DNA from: the human T2T-CHM13v2.0 reference genome, Homo sapiens
Assembly (NCBI RefSeq): GCF_009914755.1
Contig: NC_060935.1
DNA: 64,000 bases
Reading direction: 5' to 3' (one strand)
Shown here: one piece after another, positions 36,902-60,349 of the stretch
Numbering within the stretch: the stretch's first letter is position 1
Layout: each line of letters opens with the position of its first letter
Made by a program: the position numbers and the translations under genes
Notes under the pieces: generated by a model
Database searches by the model: none
What the model was told of the DNA's origin: nothing
Seen by the model: the letters and a program-made list of their open reading frames with translations, nothing else

Positions 36902-39835
36902 TGGTTGCCCTCCAAAGCAGAATGATTCTGTCCAGCCCACATCAGCAAAACGTTTTCCATGCAGGGCCACCTTTCTCAAGTTGTTCACTTCTGTGTAAAA
37001 ATCTCATGTGCGTGAGTCTGGTAGTAAGGCCTAGGTCACAGGTGTCTGTGCTAGCTGCAAATGACACTGCAGAACAGAATTTTCTGGGTTAATTTTGGGA
37101 AGACAAGACTCATACATCAGAAAGTTCCCCAAATATAATAAGATGTTGTTTAGACAGGGCCAGAGCAAGATGGCCAAATAGAACCCTCCAGCAATCATCC
37201 CCTCCCCATCCCCGCAGGAACAACTATTCATAGAAAATTTTGATTCTTTCATTAGAATCAAAAATCAGGTGAGTGATCACAGTATCTGGTTTTAACATCA
37301 AGGAAAGAGGCAGAGAATGTGTGTGCTTTGGGGAGAAAGAGCAAAACGATTATGGAACTTTGCATTGGAATTCAGTGCTGCTCTGTCACAGTGGAAAGCA
37401 ATGCAGGTAAGAATTTGACTGATGCACATGGAGGGAGCATTTAGACTATCGAGGGCTAGTCTAATTGCCCTCCAGAGGAGTTGTCCATCCAGGCAAGAGA
37501 GAGAGAGAGGGAGAGATTATGGTAGAAAATTTATACAAAGAGATAATAACAGAAAACTTTCCAAACCTAGAAAAATATATCAATATTCCAACACAAGAAG
37601 GTTATAGAACGTCAAGCAGATTTAACCCAAAAGAAGACTACCTCAGACATTTAATAATCAAACTCTCAAAGATCAAAAATAAAGAAAGAATCTTAAAAGC
37701 AGCAAGAGGAAATAAACGAATAACATATAAAGGAACTCCAAACTGTTTGGCAGTAGACTTCTCGGTGGAAACCTTACAGGCCAGGAGAGAGTGGCATGAC
37801 CTACTTAAAATGCCGAGGGAAAAAAATCCTTTATCCTAGAATATTATATCCAGTGAAAATATTCCTTAAACATGAAGGGGAAATAAAGACTTTTCCAGAC
37901 ATACAAAATTGGAAGGATTTTGTCAGCTGAAGAGAGTTCTTCAATCTGAAAGAAAAAGACATTAACAAGTGTTAAGAAAACATCTGACAGTAAAAAAAAA
38001 AAAAGAAAGAAAGAAAAGAAAAGAAAAAACACTCACTGGCAATAGTATGTACTCAGAAAAACACAGACTATTAAAACATTGTAATTATGGTGTGTAAACC
38101 ACTCATATCTTGAGTAGAAAGACTAAAAATGAACCTATCAAAAATAATAATCACCAGCAACTTGTCAAGACATAGTATAGAAATAACAAAAAGTTAAGAA
38201 GTAGAGGGTTGAAGTTAAAGTGTAGAGTTTTTATTATTAATTTTTCCTTTGCTTGTTTGTGTGTTTGTTTTTCCAATCAGAGTTAAGTTGTCATCAGTTT
38301 AAAATAATGGGTTATAAGATGTTATTTGCAAGGCTTGTGGTACTAAGCAATACTAAGAGGAAAGTTTATAGCAGTAAATGCCTACCCCAAAAAAGTAGAA
38401 AAGCTTTAAATAAACAATCTAAAAATGCATCTTAAAGAAATAGAAAAGCAAGAGCAAAACAAACCCAACATTAGTACAAGAAAAGAAATAATAAATATCA
38501 GAGCAGAAATAAATGAAATTGAAATGGAAAAAATACAAAAAAATCAATGAAACCAAAAGTTGGTTTTTTTTGAAAAGATACACAAAATCAATGAACCTTT
38601 TAGCCAGACTAAGAAAAAGAGACCTAACTAAATAATATCAGATAAGAAAAAGGAAACATTACAGCTGATACCACAGAAATTCAAAGGGTTATTAGAGACT
38701 ACTATAAGCAATATATGCCAATAAACTGGAAAACTTAGAAGAAATTGATAAACTCCAAAACATATACAACCTACCAAGATTGAACCGTGAAGAAATACAA
38801 AATACCAAACTTGAATAGATCAATAACAAGGAATGAGATTGAAGCTATAATAAAAAGTCTCCCAGCAAAGACAAGCCTGGGCTCCAATGGCTTCACTGCT
38901 GAATTCTACCAAACATTTAAAGAACGAATGCCAATGCTACTCAAACTATTCCAAAAAACGGAGGAGGAGGAGGGAGTACTTCCAAACTCACTCTACAAGG
39001 CCAGTGTTACCCTGATACCAAAACCAGACAGAAACACATCAAAAAAGGAAAACTACAGGCCAATATGTCTGATGAGCATTGTTGCAAAAATCCTCAATAC
39101 TAGCAAACTGAATTCAACAACAGATTAAAAAGATCATTCATCATGAATGGCCAAATGGAATTTATCCCAGAGACGCAATAATGGTTTAACATTTGCAAAT
39201 CAATTAATGTGATACATTCCATCGACAGAATGAAGAACAAAAACGATTTGATCATTTCAATTGATGCTGGAAAGGCATTTGATAAAATTTAACATTCATT
39301 CATGATTTTAAAAAAACCCTTAAAAAACTGGGTATGGAAGGAACATACCTCAACACAATGAAAGCCACATATGAAAATCTATAGCTAGTATCATACTGAG
39401 TGGGGAAAAACTGAAAAACCTTTCCTCTAACATTTGGAACATGACAAGGATGTCCACTTTTACCACTGTTATTCAACACAGTACTGGAAGTCTCGGCTAG
39501 AGCAATTGGACAAGAGAAAGAAATAAATGGCATTCAAATTGGAAAAAAAGAAGTCAAATTATCCTGTTTGTAGATGATATGATCTTGTATTTGGAAAAAC
39601 CTAAAGACTCCACATGCACACTCACAAAAAAACTATTAGAACTGATAAATTCAGTAAAGTTGTAGGATACTAAATCAAGATACAAAAATCAGTAGCATTT
39701 GTATATGCCAATGGTGAACAACCTGAAAAAGAAATAAAAAAAGTAATCCCATTTACAATAGCTACAAATAAAATAAAATACCTAGGAATAAACTTAACCG
39801 AAGTAAAATCTCTCTACAATGAAAACTAAATGTTG

Positions 39836-46796
<6,961 letters not shown>

Positions 46797-46842
46797 CCTT
46801 TGAACATTATTTGCTTAGAGACAACTTGAAAGAAATTTGTGA

Positions 46843-47198
<356 letters not shown>

Positions 47199-48010
47199 TG
47201 AAAATTGTGTAAGTTTTTAAAAGATCATTTACCTTGATTAGAAGAAACACATAAAAGCATTTCAGAATATTCTGTTTTTAAATAAAAATTCAAAAGTGAA
47301 AAAAAGAAAACTATAAAACACTGATGCAAGAAGTTGAAGAGGACACCAAAAAATGGAAAGGTATTCCATCTTCGTGGATTGGAAGAATCAATATTGTTAA
47401 AATGTCCATACTACACATAACAATCTACAGATTCAATGCAATCCCTATCAAAATACCAAAGACATTCATCACAGCAATAGAACAAAATGATCTTAAAATT
47501 TATATAGAACAAAAGACCCAGAGTAGCCAAAACTACCCTGAGCAAAAAGAACAAAACTGGAGAAATCCTACTGCCTGACTTCAAATTATGTTCCAGAGCT
47601 ATAGTAACCAAAACAGCATGTAGTGGCATAAAAACAGGTACATAGGCCAAAGGAACAGAATAGAGAATCCAGAAATAAACCCACACATCCACAGTAAACT
47701 CATTTTTGACAAAGGTGCCAAGAACATATGTTGAGGAAAGGATAGTCCCTTCAATAAATGGTGCTGGGAAAACTGGATATCCATATGTAGAAGAATGAAT
47801 CTAGACCCCTATTTCTCACCATATACAAAAATGAAATCAAACTGGATTAAAGACAAATCTAAGACCTCAAACTATGAAACTACTAAAAGAAAACCTTGGG
47901 GAAACTCTTCAGGGCATTGAACTGGGCAAAGATTTCTTGAGTAATACCCCATAAGCATAGGCAACCAAAGCAGAAATGGACAAATGAGATCACATCAAGT
48001 TAAAAGTCTT

Positions 48011-48310
48011 GGCCGGGCATGGTGGCTCACGCCTGTAATCCCAGCACTTTGGGAGGCTGAGGCAGGCAAATGACGAGGTCAGGAGATTGAGACCATCCTG
48101 GCTAACATGGTGAAACCCCATCTCTACTAAAAATACAAAAAAAAAAAATTAGCTGGGTGTGGTGGCACATGCCTGTAGTCCCAGCTACTCAGGAGGCTGA
48201 GGCAGGAGAATCGCTTGAACCCGGGAGGCAGAGGTTGCAATGAGCCAATATGCACCACTGCACTCCAGCCTGGGTGACAGAGTGAGACTCCATTTCAAAA
48301 AGAAAAAAAA
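48011..48310 (+). mobile_element. Alu (AluSc/Y-like) inside L1MA ORF2
   Basis: GGCCGGGCATGGTGGCTCACGCC..GAGACCATCCTGGCTAAC..A-tail. Confidence 0.92.
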
Positions 48311-49722
48311 TAATATTTTGCACAGCAAAGGAAACAATTAACAAAGAAGAGACAACCACAGAATGGGAGAATATTTGCAAACTACCAATTTGACAAGAAA
48401 CTAATAGCCAGAATATAGGTTACTATAGCTCTGTAGCATAATTTGAAGTCAGTTAATGTGATTCCTCCAGTTTTGAACAACTTAATAGGGAAAAAATGTA
48501 ATGATCCAATTAAGAATGGGCAAAAGATCTGAATAGACATTTCTCAAAAGAAGACATACAAATGGCAAACAGGTATATGAAAAAGTGCTCAACATCATTA
48601 ATCATCAGAGAAATGCACACCAAAACTACAATGAGATAGCATCTCTCTCCAGTTAAAATGGCTTTTATCCAAAGGACAGAGAATAACAAATCCTGGTGAA
48701 AATGTGGAGAAAAGGGAACCCTTGTACACTGTTGATGGTAATGTAAATTAGTACAACCACTGTCTAGAACAGTTTGGAGGTTCCTCAAAAAAACTAAAAA
48801 TGGAGCTACCATGAGATCCAGCAATCCCACTGCCAGCTACGTACCCTAAAGAAAGGAAATCAGGATATCAAAGAGATGCCTGTAATCTCATGATTATTGC
48901 AGCAGTATTCACAATAGCCAAGATTTGGAAGCAACCTAAGTGTCCATCAACAGACAAATGGATAAAGAAAATGCAGCACATATACACAGTGGAGTACTGT
49001 TCAGCCATAAAAAAGAATGAGATCCTGTCATTTGCAACAACATAGGTGGAACTGGAGGTCATTATGTTAAGTAAAATAAGCCAGGCACAGAAAGACAAAC
49101 TTCACATGTTCTCACTCATTTGTAGGAACTAAAAATTGAAAGAATTGCACTCGTGGAGATAAAAAATAGAATGATGGTTACCAGAGGCTAGGAAGGATAG
49201 TGGAGTGGGGAGAGAAAGTAGGATGGTTAATGGGCACAAAAATATAGTTGGATAGAATGAATAAGATCCAGGATTTGATAGCACAACAAAGCAACTACAG
49301 TTGACAATAATTTATTGTACATTTAAAAATAATGAAAAGAGTATAATTGTTCATAACACAAAGAAATAATAAATGCTTAAGGTGATGAAAACCCCATTTA
49401 CACTAATGTGATTATTACACATTGTATACCTGCATTAAAATATCTCATATACCCCATAAATATATACACCTACTATGTACCCATAAAAATAAAAAATCAT
49501 TGTTTAAAAAGGATGTTGTTTGAAAGATGCTGGACACCCTTAAAAGAAATGATGAATGCCTACCACAGCCTCCATGTTTTTAATAAACAAGCTTATTCTA
49601 TACTTTTTTATTTTGCATTTCAGATATTGTCTAGGCACTCTTCACTGTTGAAGTTACATCATAACTTCCCTGAATACCCCCACAGGATTTTCACTCATCC
49701 ACTTATACATAGCTACACCATA

Positions 49723-51794
<2,072 letters not shown>

Positions 51795-51799
51795 CCATA

Positions 51800-54050
51800 T
51801 TTTCAGATAGATTACTATTGCGGCTTACATTATTTTGTCTATGCAAAACTTATTTATCTGAGCCAAGTACTCTGTTAATTATATTCCTTTCTTGTATAAT
51901 GTTATATGTTCCCTGGAATTAATAACCATCTTATTTTTTCCCATTTGATAGTTTTAATTAATGCATTCTAAATTTTATTAAAGAATTATAATCTCCACTC
52001 AAAACATCAAACATATTGAAGATTATGTCAATTTTACACATATTACTTCCTCCTTTCCTCCTGGAGGTTCTGTCCTCCTCTTCAGTCTGGGCCAGTTACA
52101 TTCAAGGATGCAACACAGCTGTTGCCTTGGGAATCTTCTTTTGCTGTCATCCAGGGAATTCCCTTTGACTCTCTTGAGTGAGGTCCCTGTTCCTTGGATT
52201 CCATATCTTGCCCTTTCTTAGTTTACTCTTTACTTAATGAACACATCCTCCTTTAGCTTTCTGAGAAATGATGCATAGAATGTAAATTTGCTGGGATCTT
52301 GTTTGCCTGAAACTGTCCTTATTCTAACTTCACACTTTATTAGTTGTTAGGGTACAGATTAGAGGTTGGAAACAATCTTCTCTGAGAACTTTGAAGACAT
52401 TGCTCCATTGTTCTGCAGTTTAACTTGCTTTAAGAAGTCTGACAATATTCTGATTTTCAATCCTTTGTATGTGAGTTTTTTAAAAAATCAGGATGCTTCT
52501 AGGGTCTGCATGTTCGCAGTGTTCCAAAATTTCATGATGATGTACTTCTGCATGAGTCTACTTTAACGTGGGATGCTGAGTAGTTCGTGGGGTTCATTCA
52601 GTCTGGAAATATGTCCTTTCATTCTGAAAAATATTAGATTATTTATTTGACAATTTCCCCCTCCATTTGCTCTGGTCTTTTTCTGGTATTGATATTATTC
52701 AAATGATAGACATGTAGACTTTATGTTTTCTCTGTTATTTTACATCTTCTTCTTGTTTTTGTTTCTTTTGTTTCTTGTCTACATTTTTAAGACATTTTCT
52801 TAATCCTTTCCATAGAACATTTAAATTTTTGTTTCTTGCATCACATTTTAAAATGTCTAAGACCTTTATTTTGTTTTTCAAATATTGACTTTTTCTAACT
52901 TTTTGTGTGTATGTCATGGATGTAACACCTTTTCTTATTTCCCTGATGATAGTTTTTTTTCTTCTACTTCCTACGTGATTTGTTTTGTTCATGTTACCTT
53001 TTTCTTTGTTTTGGCCTTTCTGATGTTAAAAGTTTTTCTGAAATCTCTTGTCATTCTTATTTTGGCTCATATTAAGAAAGAAGCCAAGCCAGGTGCAGTG
53101 GCATGCACCTATAATCCTAGCCACTTGCCTGGTTGAGGTGGGAGGACCACTTGAGCCCAGGATCACTTGAGACTGAAGGAAACAGAGATAGTACCAGTGA
53201 GATCCTCATTTCTGAAATAACAATTTTAAAAAATAACAACAATAAGGAGAGAGAAGCCTTACAGTTGTGTCTGTGTGAGAAAATAGGGCTTATTAAAGAC
53301 TGGGCTTCACTGAAGAATAATTGACTCCCGTTTCATTGAAGGACTCCCCAACTGTCTACATTTTGTTTTGTTTTGTTTTGTTTTGCTTTGCTTTGCTCTT
53401 GGGCTGATCATTTTCTTTTTAGAGAAATCCACCAATCTCCTGCCTTTAAATATGGCTGCGAGAATTCTAAAGCTGAGCTATGGAAGAGATTGTTTAGAAT
53501 AGAGACTTTCAGCTACTTTCCCTGTTTTTGGTATGGTATTCTTATTCTCCTCTCTACCTAATGCCCTAAGTCCAGAGTTCTCTGGCTTGACATCTCCAGA
53601 GAGTAAACCTCTAATTTTCTGCCAAGGTCAGAAAGAGAAAGTTGCCTGACTGGGGGTGGTGCTACAGAAAGGATCTGGGAAATAAACCGTGTCCTAAATA
53701 GATTTTAAATCAATCCTCTTGTTTTCTTCTCTACTTGTGTACCTTACATTCTGAAGTACCCGGTGCTTTCGACTTCCAAGATTGTTTTTGGAAATCCCTG
53801 ACTTTCACCCTCGTGGGCTTCTATTTCAGCTTCTTCTGATCTGCAAAGGCAATTAACATGCATCAGCTTTCCAGCAGTCAAAATTATATTGTTGTTGTCC
53901 TCTCTTATGTTTTCTCTCTCTCTCTATCTCTCTGTCTCTTTCTGTCTCTTAAATGTGTGTGTGTACACACAGCCTTTACTGACACTGTAGTGGAGTTTCA
54001 GAAGGGAAGAGTAGGTAAAGCATGTTTCAGTCTGCCATGTTTCCATTTTA
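51800..54050 (-). mobile_element. Ancient L1ME/HAL1-type fragments, with an aberrant Alu monomer at ~53087-53215
   Basis: Antisense ORF1-region motifs GAGGTTGGAAACAATCTTCTCTGAGAACTTTGAAGACATTGCTCCATTG; monomer GCCAGGTGCAGTGGCATGCACCTATAATCC. Confidence 0.5.
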
Positions 54051-54674
54051 ACCAGAAGTCCTTTGTTTTCTATTCTATCTTAAAATCTTGTCAACATTTA
54101 CTCTGTAGTAAAGCAAATAGAACTGAAGTTATGTTTTTCATAATTTACATGGCTGATTTTATCTACTTTGAACAAATCAGATCTTCAGTAGTAACTAAAT
54201 TATTTTTCTCTTGCACACTTGATTATTATCTTGAGACTTCTGGTGGATCATGCCCTCATGTCCATTGTCCTCCAATCTCAATTCAACATTTATAGCTGAG
54301 TAAACATTCTCCTCTTGGTAAGCACAGTTGTTAATTGTGTAAGCTACACATGCTTATTTTAGAAAGTTTTTAAAACATGGAAAAACACAAGTAGAAATTT
54401 TAAAATGCATAAATTAATATTCTATCAAAAGTAATATTTAAAACTCATTCTTCTTCTCTTATGTCTCACTAGGCTCATTCCAACTGCCTAACATATCTCT
54501 GTAAGAACTATCAACATTTCGGTCTGTAGGTTTCAAGAAATCTTTATGTTTTTACCCATGTATGCAAGGTTAGATTGCTTTCTCCCAAAACAGAATCATG
54601 TTATACATATAGATATAAAACTTGCTTTGTTTTTTTACATAATAATATATCAACGTTTTCTAGGTGAAAGGTTA

Positions 54675-57038
54675 GAACCTAACCCCCATCTCCTGAGTGT
54701 GGGCTGAACATTGTGACTCACTTCTAATAGACAGAATGTGGCAGAAGTTATAGTGTGTGACTTCTGAGACTAGATCATAAAAGACATTGCGGCTCAATCC
54801 TTGCTTTCTCTCCCAGATCACTCACTCTTGGGGGAGCCAACTTCCATGTCGTGAGACCATTCAAGCAGCCGTAAGGAAAGGCCAACATAGCAAGGAATGG
54901 AGGCTTCCCGTTAATAGCCAGTGAAGAACTGTGGCCCTTTGCCAATGTATATGTGAGTGAGCCATCTTGGAAGTGGGTCCTTGGGCCTCCTTCAAGCCTA
55001 CAGATGACCGTAGCCCTTACTGACACATTGACTGTAATCTCATGAGAGACCCTGAGCCATAACCACCCACATAAGCTGCCCCCTGACACCTAACCCATAG
55101 AAACTGTGACATAATAAAAGGTGTTACAAGCTACTGTGTTTTGGAGTAATTTGTTACACAGCAGAAAATAACTGATACAGATTTGACACCCCAAAATAGG
55201 TGCTGTCATAATAAATACATAAAACTGTGGATGTGTCTTTGGAACTGGATGTGGGCAAAAGCTGTAAAGGCTTTAAGGGAGAGTATTAGAAAAAGCCTAA
55301 TGAAACTGTTAATAGAAGCCTGATGGCTATAGGAAGGCTAAAGGTAAAAGCTAAAAGAAAAGTTAGAAAAAGTTTATTGGAACCTGAAGAAAAGGGATCC
55401 TTAGGATATAGTGGCAGAAATTTTGCAATACTATTACCTGTGGTAATGTGGAAAGTAGAAAATATATCCAATGAACTGAGTGATCTTCCCAAGGAGATAG
55501 CCAGGCAAAGTGCTGAATATTTCACCTGGTTTCTTCTTGATACTGAATGTGAGAGGAAGGAGATAAACTAAAAGAAGAATTGCTAAATGTGAGAAGCCAT
55601 TACTTGATAGTTTTGAAAATCTCCACCATCTCTAGATGGCAAACAAACCTAAAATAAAGTCATGGCTTCCCAGCAAAAATCAAATTCAGGGCACTGATGG
55701 AAAGATATGTTCCAGAGATGAAGATGAGAGTGTGGCTGCAAAATACTTTGTTTACAACCTCAGAAAGATGTAAGATGGTGCCTCTGAGAACCACTCAGTG
55801 AAACAACAGAGCTTTGAACAAGCTTAAGGGTATTGTCCTTCCACAGTTCAGCAGAAGCCCAAAGTAGAGAATAACTTTCCTTGAAAATATTTTGGGGTAT
55901 GACTTTTTTCTAATGAAGTGAGCTCAAATAAGGTTCATAGGGGATTCAGAAAGTTTCTAAGAATAATGATATTGACAGAAATGCCATCAGCTTAGACTGA
56001 AGGGAACAGAGATAGTACACAATGAAAAGAGGTATTTGAAATTCCAAAGTTTTCCTGAGAAAATGGCACAGCTCCAAAACAGTCTATCTTTCAAGAGGAA
56101 GGAAAGATTAATCAGAGGAGAGAACCAATAAACCAAAGGATACAGCCAAGAGCCATGGAGAACCATTCCTAGGAAGTTCCTTGAGTTAGAATCAAGAAAC
56201 ATTGAACATGTGCCTGGGTGGATTTCAGAATTGCTATGGACCAGTGATTGCTTTAGGCTTCCCATTTTTCCACTATTTGAACAGGATTGTCTACAGTTAT
56301 CTTATGCATGTTGGATGAGTATGTGGGTAACTTGTCTCTTAAACCCACAGGCCTTGAGTTAAAAGGCACTGTACTCAAGGAGCTGCACTTAAAAAACACT
56401 AGAGAAGCCGCATTCACATTTAGGTCTGATTAAGATGGCAAATTTCTAGACTTTTAGCTGATGTTGTAAAAGATTAAGACCTGGCACTGGGAGTTGGTAT
56501 GGAAGAGGGTGAATATATTTTCCATGTATGAAGAATGTAAATAATTTGTAGCCAGAGGACAAAGAGGAATAGTTTTAAAATATGTCCACAGATTATTCAA
56601 CACTTCTCCCTCCAAAAACTGAAGCCTAATTTGCCACCTCTTGAGCTTAGACTGGATTTGGGGATTCAGTGCTAATTGACAGAATATTGTAGAAATGATA
56701 TTGTGTGACTTCTGAGACTAGGTCATAAAAGGTATTGCAGCTTTCTTGTTTTTAATTAGTTTTTAAACTACAAATAAAAATTGTATGTATTTACCATGTA
56801 CAACATGTTTTTAAATATGTATATATTGTAGAATGGCTAAATTAAGCTAATTAACATATGCATTACCTCACATACTTATTACTTATTATTTTTTTGTGGG
56901 GGCAGCATATATCTTTCTCTCTTTTACATGACTTTCTCTGCAAGAAGTCAGTTGCCATGGCATAAGTATGCTCAATTAGCCCTATAGAGAGGTCCATGTT
57001 GTAAGGGACTAAGGTCCTCTGCCAACAGACATGTGAGT
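54675..57038 (+). mobile_element. MLT1F-type MaLR with a 5' LTR (to 55179), an internal region and a partial 3' LTR (from ~56565) interrupted by a short L1MA piece
   Basis: GTGTGACTTCTGAGACTAG.TCATAAAAG occurs in both LTRs; LTR end GTAATTTGTTACACAGCAGAAAATAACTGATACA; MaLR ORF remnant 55323-55571. Confidence 0.85.
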
Positions 57039-57162
57039 GTAAATATAGGAATATACTATTCTGTTGCACTCCTCCTTCCCTTTTATGTGATTATAAACAA
57101 TACTGCAGTAAACCTCTCTGGCTCCCTCTCTGTCCCTAAAGAGAAAATATATCATTATGTTC

Positions 57163-57194
57163 TAAAGATATCTTTAGATCTAAAGATATCTTTA
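57163..57194. repeat. 32-bp perfect palindrome
   Basis: TAAAGATATCTTTAGA|TCTAAAGATATCTTTA is its own reverse complement. Confidence 0.95.
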
Positions 57195-57879
57195 TGTTCC
57201 CATGATATTATTTCTGTAAGATAAATTCTTAGAATTGCTAGCTATGCACATTTTAAATTTAGATAAATATTTTCAAATTACTCAAATATTGCCAAAAATA
57301 ATTGTAATAATTTACACACCTCCAAACAGTGGATGAGAGTATGCCTGTATCTTTGCCAATTTTAAATGTTACTAGTCTTTCTAATTTTTTGCAATCCTAT
57401 AAGAGAAAGTATCTTATAATTTTATTAATTTATATTATTTAACTATTGGTGGCAGTGAACATCTTTTTGTATGTTTGTGGTTTGAAAAAAGTACTATAAT
57501 TATTTAGATGAAATTCTCTTTGCATGCTCCTAACCCTTGATCTTTCTTCTTTCACAATGCCCAGCATATAGTTAATATTACATAAATATGCAGTTTTGAA
57601 TAAATGAATGAGTGAATATATAAAATTCAGACATGCAGAAAGTCTTCACTTAACCCCCTAGTTTTGACTTTTAACTGGGCAAAAATACTTTAGCAATCAA
57701 TTAATTTAATTATCTTTTCACTTCCCCTTTATCACTATTCAATATATACCATTCAAGTGTCTTCTGGGTAAGCTCTTTATCGTTACAACTTGTTCTGGCT
57801 AATTTGTTTCTAAAGGAAGCCATATACTTATTCTCTCTGAATATTTTTTAAAACAACAGAATAGTTATATAATAAATAA

Positions 57880-58120
57880 TAGTAATAATAGCAATAACAA
57901 TAATGACGCTACCTGATAGGTGTGTTATATACATAACTGACCTAATTTAATCTTTACTACAGTCCTGTAAGTATTGCTATTCCCACTGTAGAAACAAGGG
58001 AACTAATTTTTGATGAGGGCAAATAAATTAGCCATACTCATTTAGCTATTAAAAGGCAGATTTGGGATTCAAATTCTTGTTGTCTGAATGCAAAGTCCAT
58101 ATTCTTTCTACAATGCTCAG
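57880..58120 (-). mobile_element. MIR SINE
   Basis: ATTTAATCTTTACTACAGTCCTGTAAG..GGCAGATTTGGGATTCAAATTC..GTCTGAATGCAAAGTCCAT. Confidence 0.6.
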
Positions 58121-60042
58121 CTGGCTTTCTTAGAAATAAATCATTTGTAGAGTTGTTTTCTCATATTGTATGTTCAAAAAAAAGAGGAAGATTCAAGAAA
58201 AGAAAAATATTCACAATTTTAAAAGATGTAAAATGAAATTAAATATTTTTTCCTGCCTGGGAGGGCTTACTGCTATTGATTCTTTTTTCAATCAGTACTG
58301 GAATGAAAAAAAAGATTAAGTAAGATGAAAAAACATTTTCCTTTCCTTCATGGTTTACAAACTTAATTCAGCTATCAACGGGCAAGTGACTGATACCTAG
58401 TTAAAATAAGAAAATGCAATTGAAACATTTAATCATGAAAAGAGAAAGAAAAGGGAATGTGGTTTCTTCTCACAATGATTGCTCTCTATCATCTGAGGAT
58501 TTACGTCAAGCTGAGGAATTTCTCCCAGTCAGTTCAGAAATAGGACTGCATGGTGGATTTTAACACAACACTGTGATAATTAGACTGATGCCTTCTTTAC
58601 AAAGCAATTTACACACTTTCAGAGATAATCTGGGTTTCTGGGTGTTGAGGTCACCTCAGACTGAAGATAGGTATCCTTTTCAGGTGACATTCTGAAATGT
58701 TCCAACAGAATGATGTAAATTTACTCTTTAGAGAAGATAACTCCCCAAAATTATCAAAAGTTGTTTTCTAACAAGGTTTTTACAAAATCATTGCATTTTG
58801 AAGTGCAACCATATGGGGAATAAATGGTACTGTATGTGAGGACATTATGAACTAGGTTTCATGTGTAAGCAACTAAAACATGTCTAAGAGTTTTATAATC
58901 TTAGTCTGGGAAAAGGAAAAGAAAAAATTGTTGTTGTTATTTTCTACTGTATGTGGCAAGCTCATGTTCCTCAGATGTGTCCTAGAATAATGTTTTATAA
59001 TAGGTATTACCACATATATTCAACAGCAGCAGCAACAATGCTAACATGCTTTATACCAAAAACAAAAAAAAAGGCATAATGGTGGCAACATGACGAGTGG
59101 TCTTACAGCACAAACCTAAGTAATGAGGACACTGAGAGTCATTTTTCTTCAGCCTGCATGTTGTTCCACCTGATCATTGAAGGCTGACACTAAAATGGAT
59201 AAAACATTGGTATCTCTCTAAAACAGGTGCCGCAGTCTCAAGGTAATGACAGAATGTTTATTTATTAATATTTGTTTGAAGTATTTGCTCATATATTCCT
59301 AGCTCAATTTTATTCAGCCAACTGCATATTAACATTGTTTATAGGGTAACCAGAAAACATGACACTCAGAGATATACAGAAATTAATTCTCAATTCATGG
59401 AAGTCATTTCAGTAAAATTAAATAATAACAACAAAAATAACAGTTGAATTTCCTAATACAAAACTCTTGTTCTAAATGTATTTTAAAGACATGTTCTCTT
59501 ATTTTATAAGTGGCTATATTGTATTCTTTAATTTTTCTCGAACATCACTATTTATAACAGATGGAATCTGATCTTGAATCATTATTTATTTAACTCATTC
59601 ATAATTTCCCCATTTTGTTTCCAAAAATAAAGAGCTGAGGAAACTTAAAAGATGTTTATAGATAATGAAATATTTTTTTAAAATTAAATAATGTAAAAAG
59701 GACTTCCAATTCTGGTAGCATGTTTGATTAGATACGCTGAACAATCTAATTGAAACAAATAAAACATTATAAAAATGTAAATATCTTACTGAGTTTGAAT
59801 GAAATAATAGAATCAATAGATTTCATAACCTAAGTTATGTGAGAAGTGAGAAGAGGAACCCCAACAAGGGAGTGAATGCTAAAAGAAACTTTTGCTCTGA
59901 GTGTTTCTGCTTACACTGTGGTGGCTACGTGCAGAAGGATAATAAGACATAGGGCCCAAGACCAGCCCAGGTGAAGATTTCAACAGACTTCTGCATAAAA
60001 CTGGGATTCCAAAAGCCTACCTTCACTGTAAAAGTAAATAAG

Positions 60043-60340
60043 ATCAGGCACAGTGGCTCACACCTATAATCCCAAAACTTTGGGAGGCTGAGGCAGGAGA
60101 TTCACTTGAACTCAGAAGTTCAAGACCAGCCTGGTCATCACAGAGAGACCTGTCTCAACAGAAAATAAACAAATCAGCTGAGTATGGTGGCATATGCCTG
60201 TGGTCTCAGTTACTCAGGAGGCCGAGGTGGGAGGATTGCCTGAGCCCAGGAGGTCAAGACTGCAGTGAGCTGAGATCATGCCACTGTACTCCAGCCTGGG
60301 CAATAGACCAAGACCCTGTCTCAAAAAAAAAAAAAAAAAA
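60043..60340 (+). mobile_element. Alu (AluJ-like)
   Basis: Full dimer with poly-A; TSD AAAAGTAAAT(A/G)AG. Confidence 0.9.
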
Positions 60341-60349
60341 GTAAATGAG

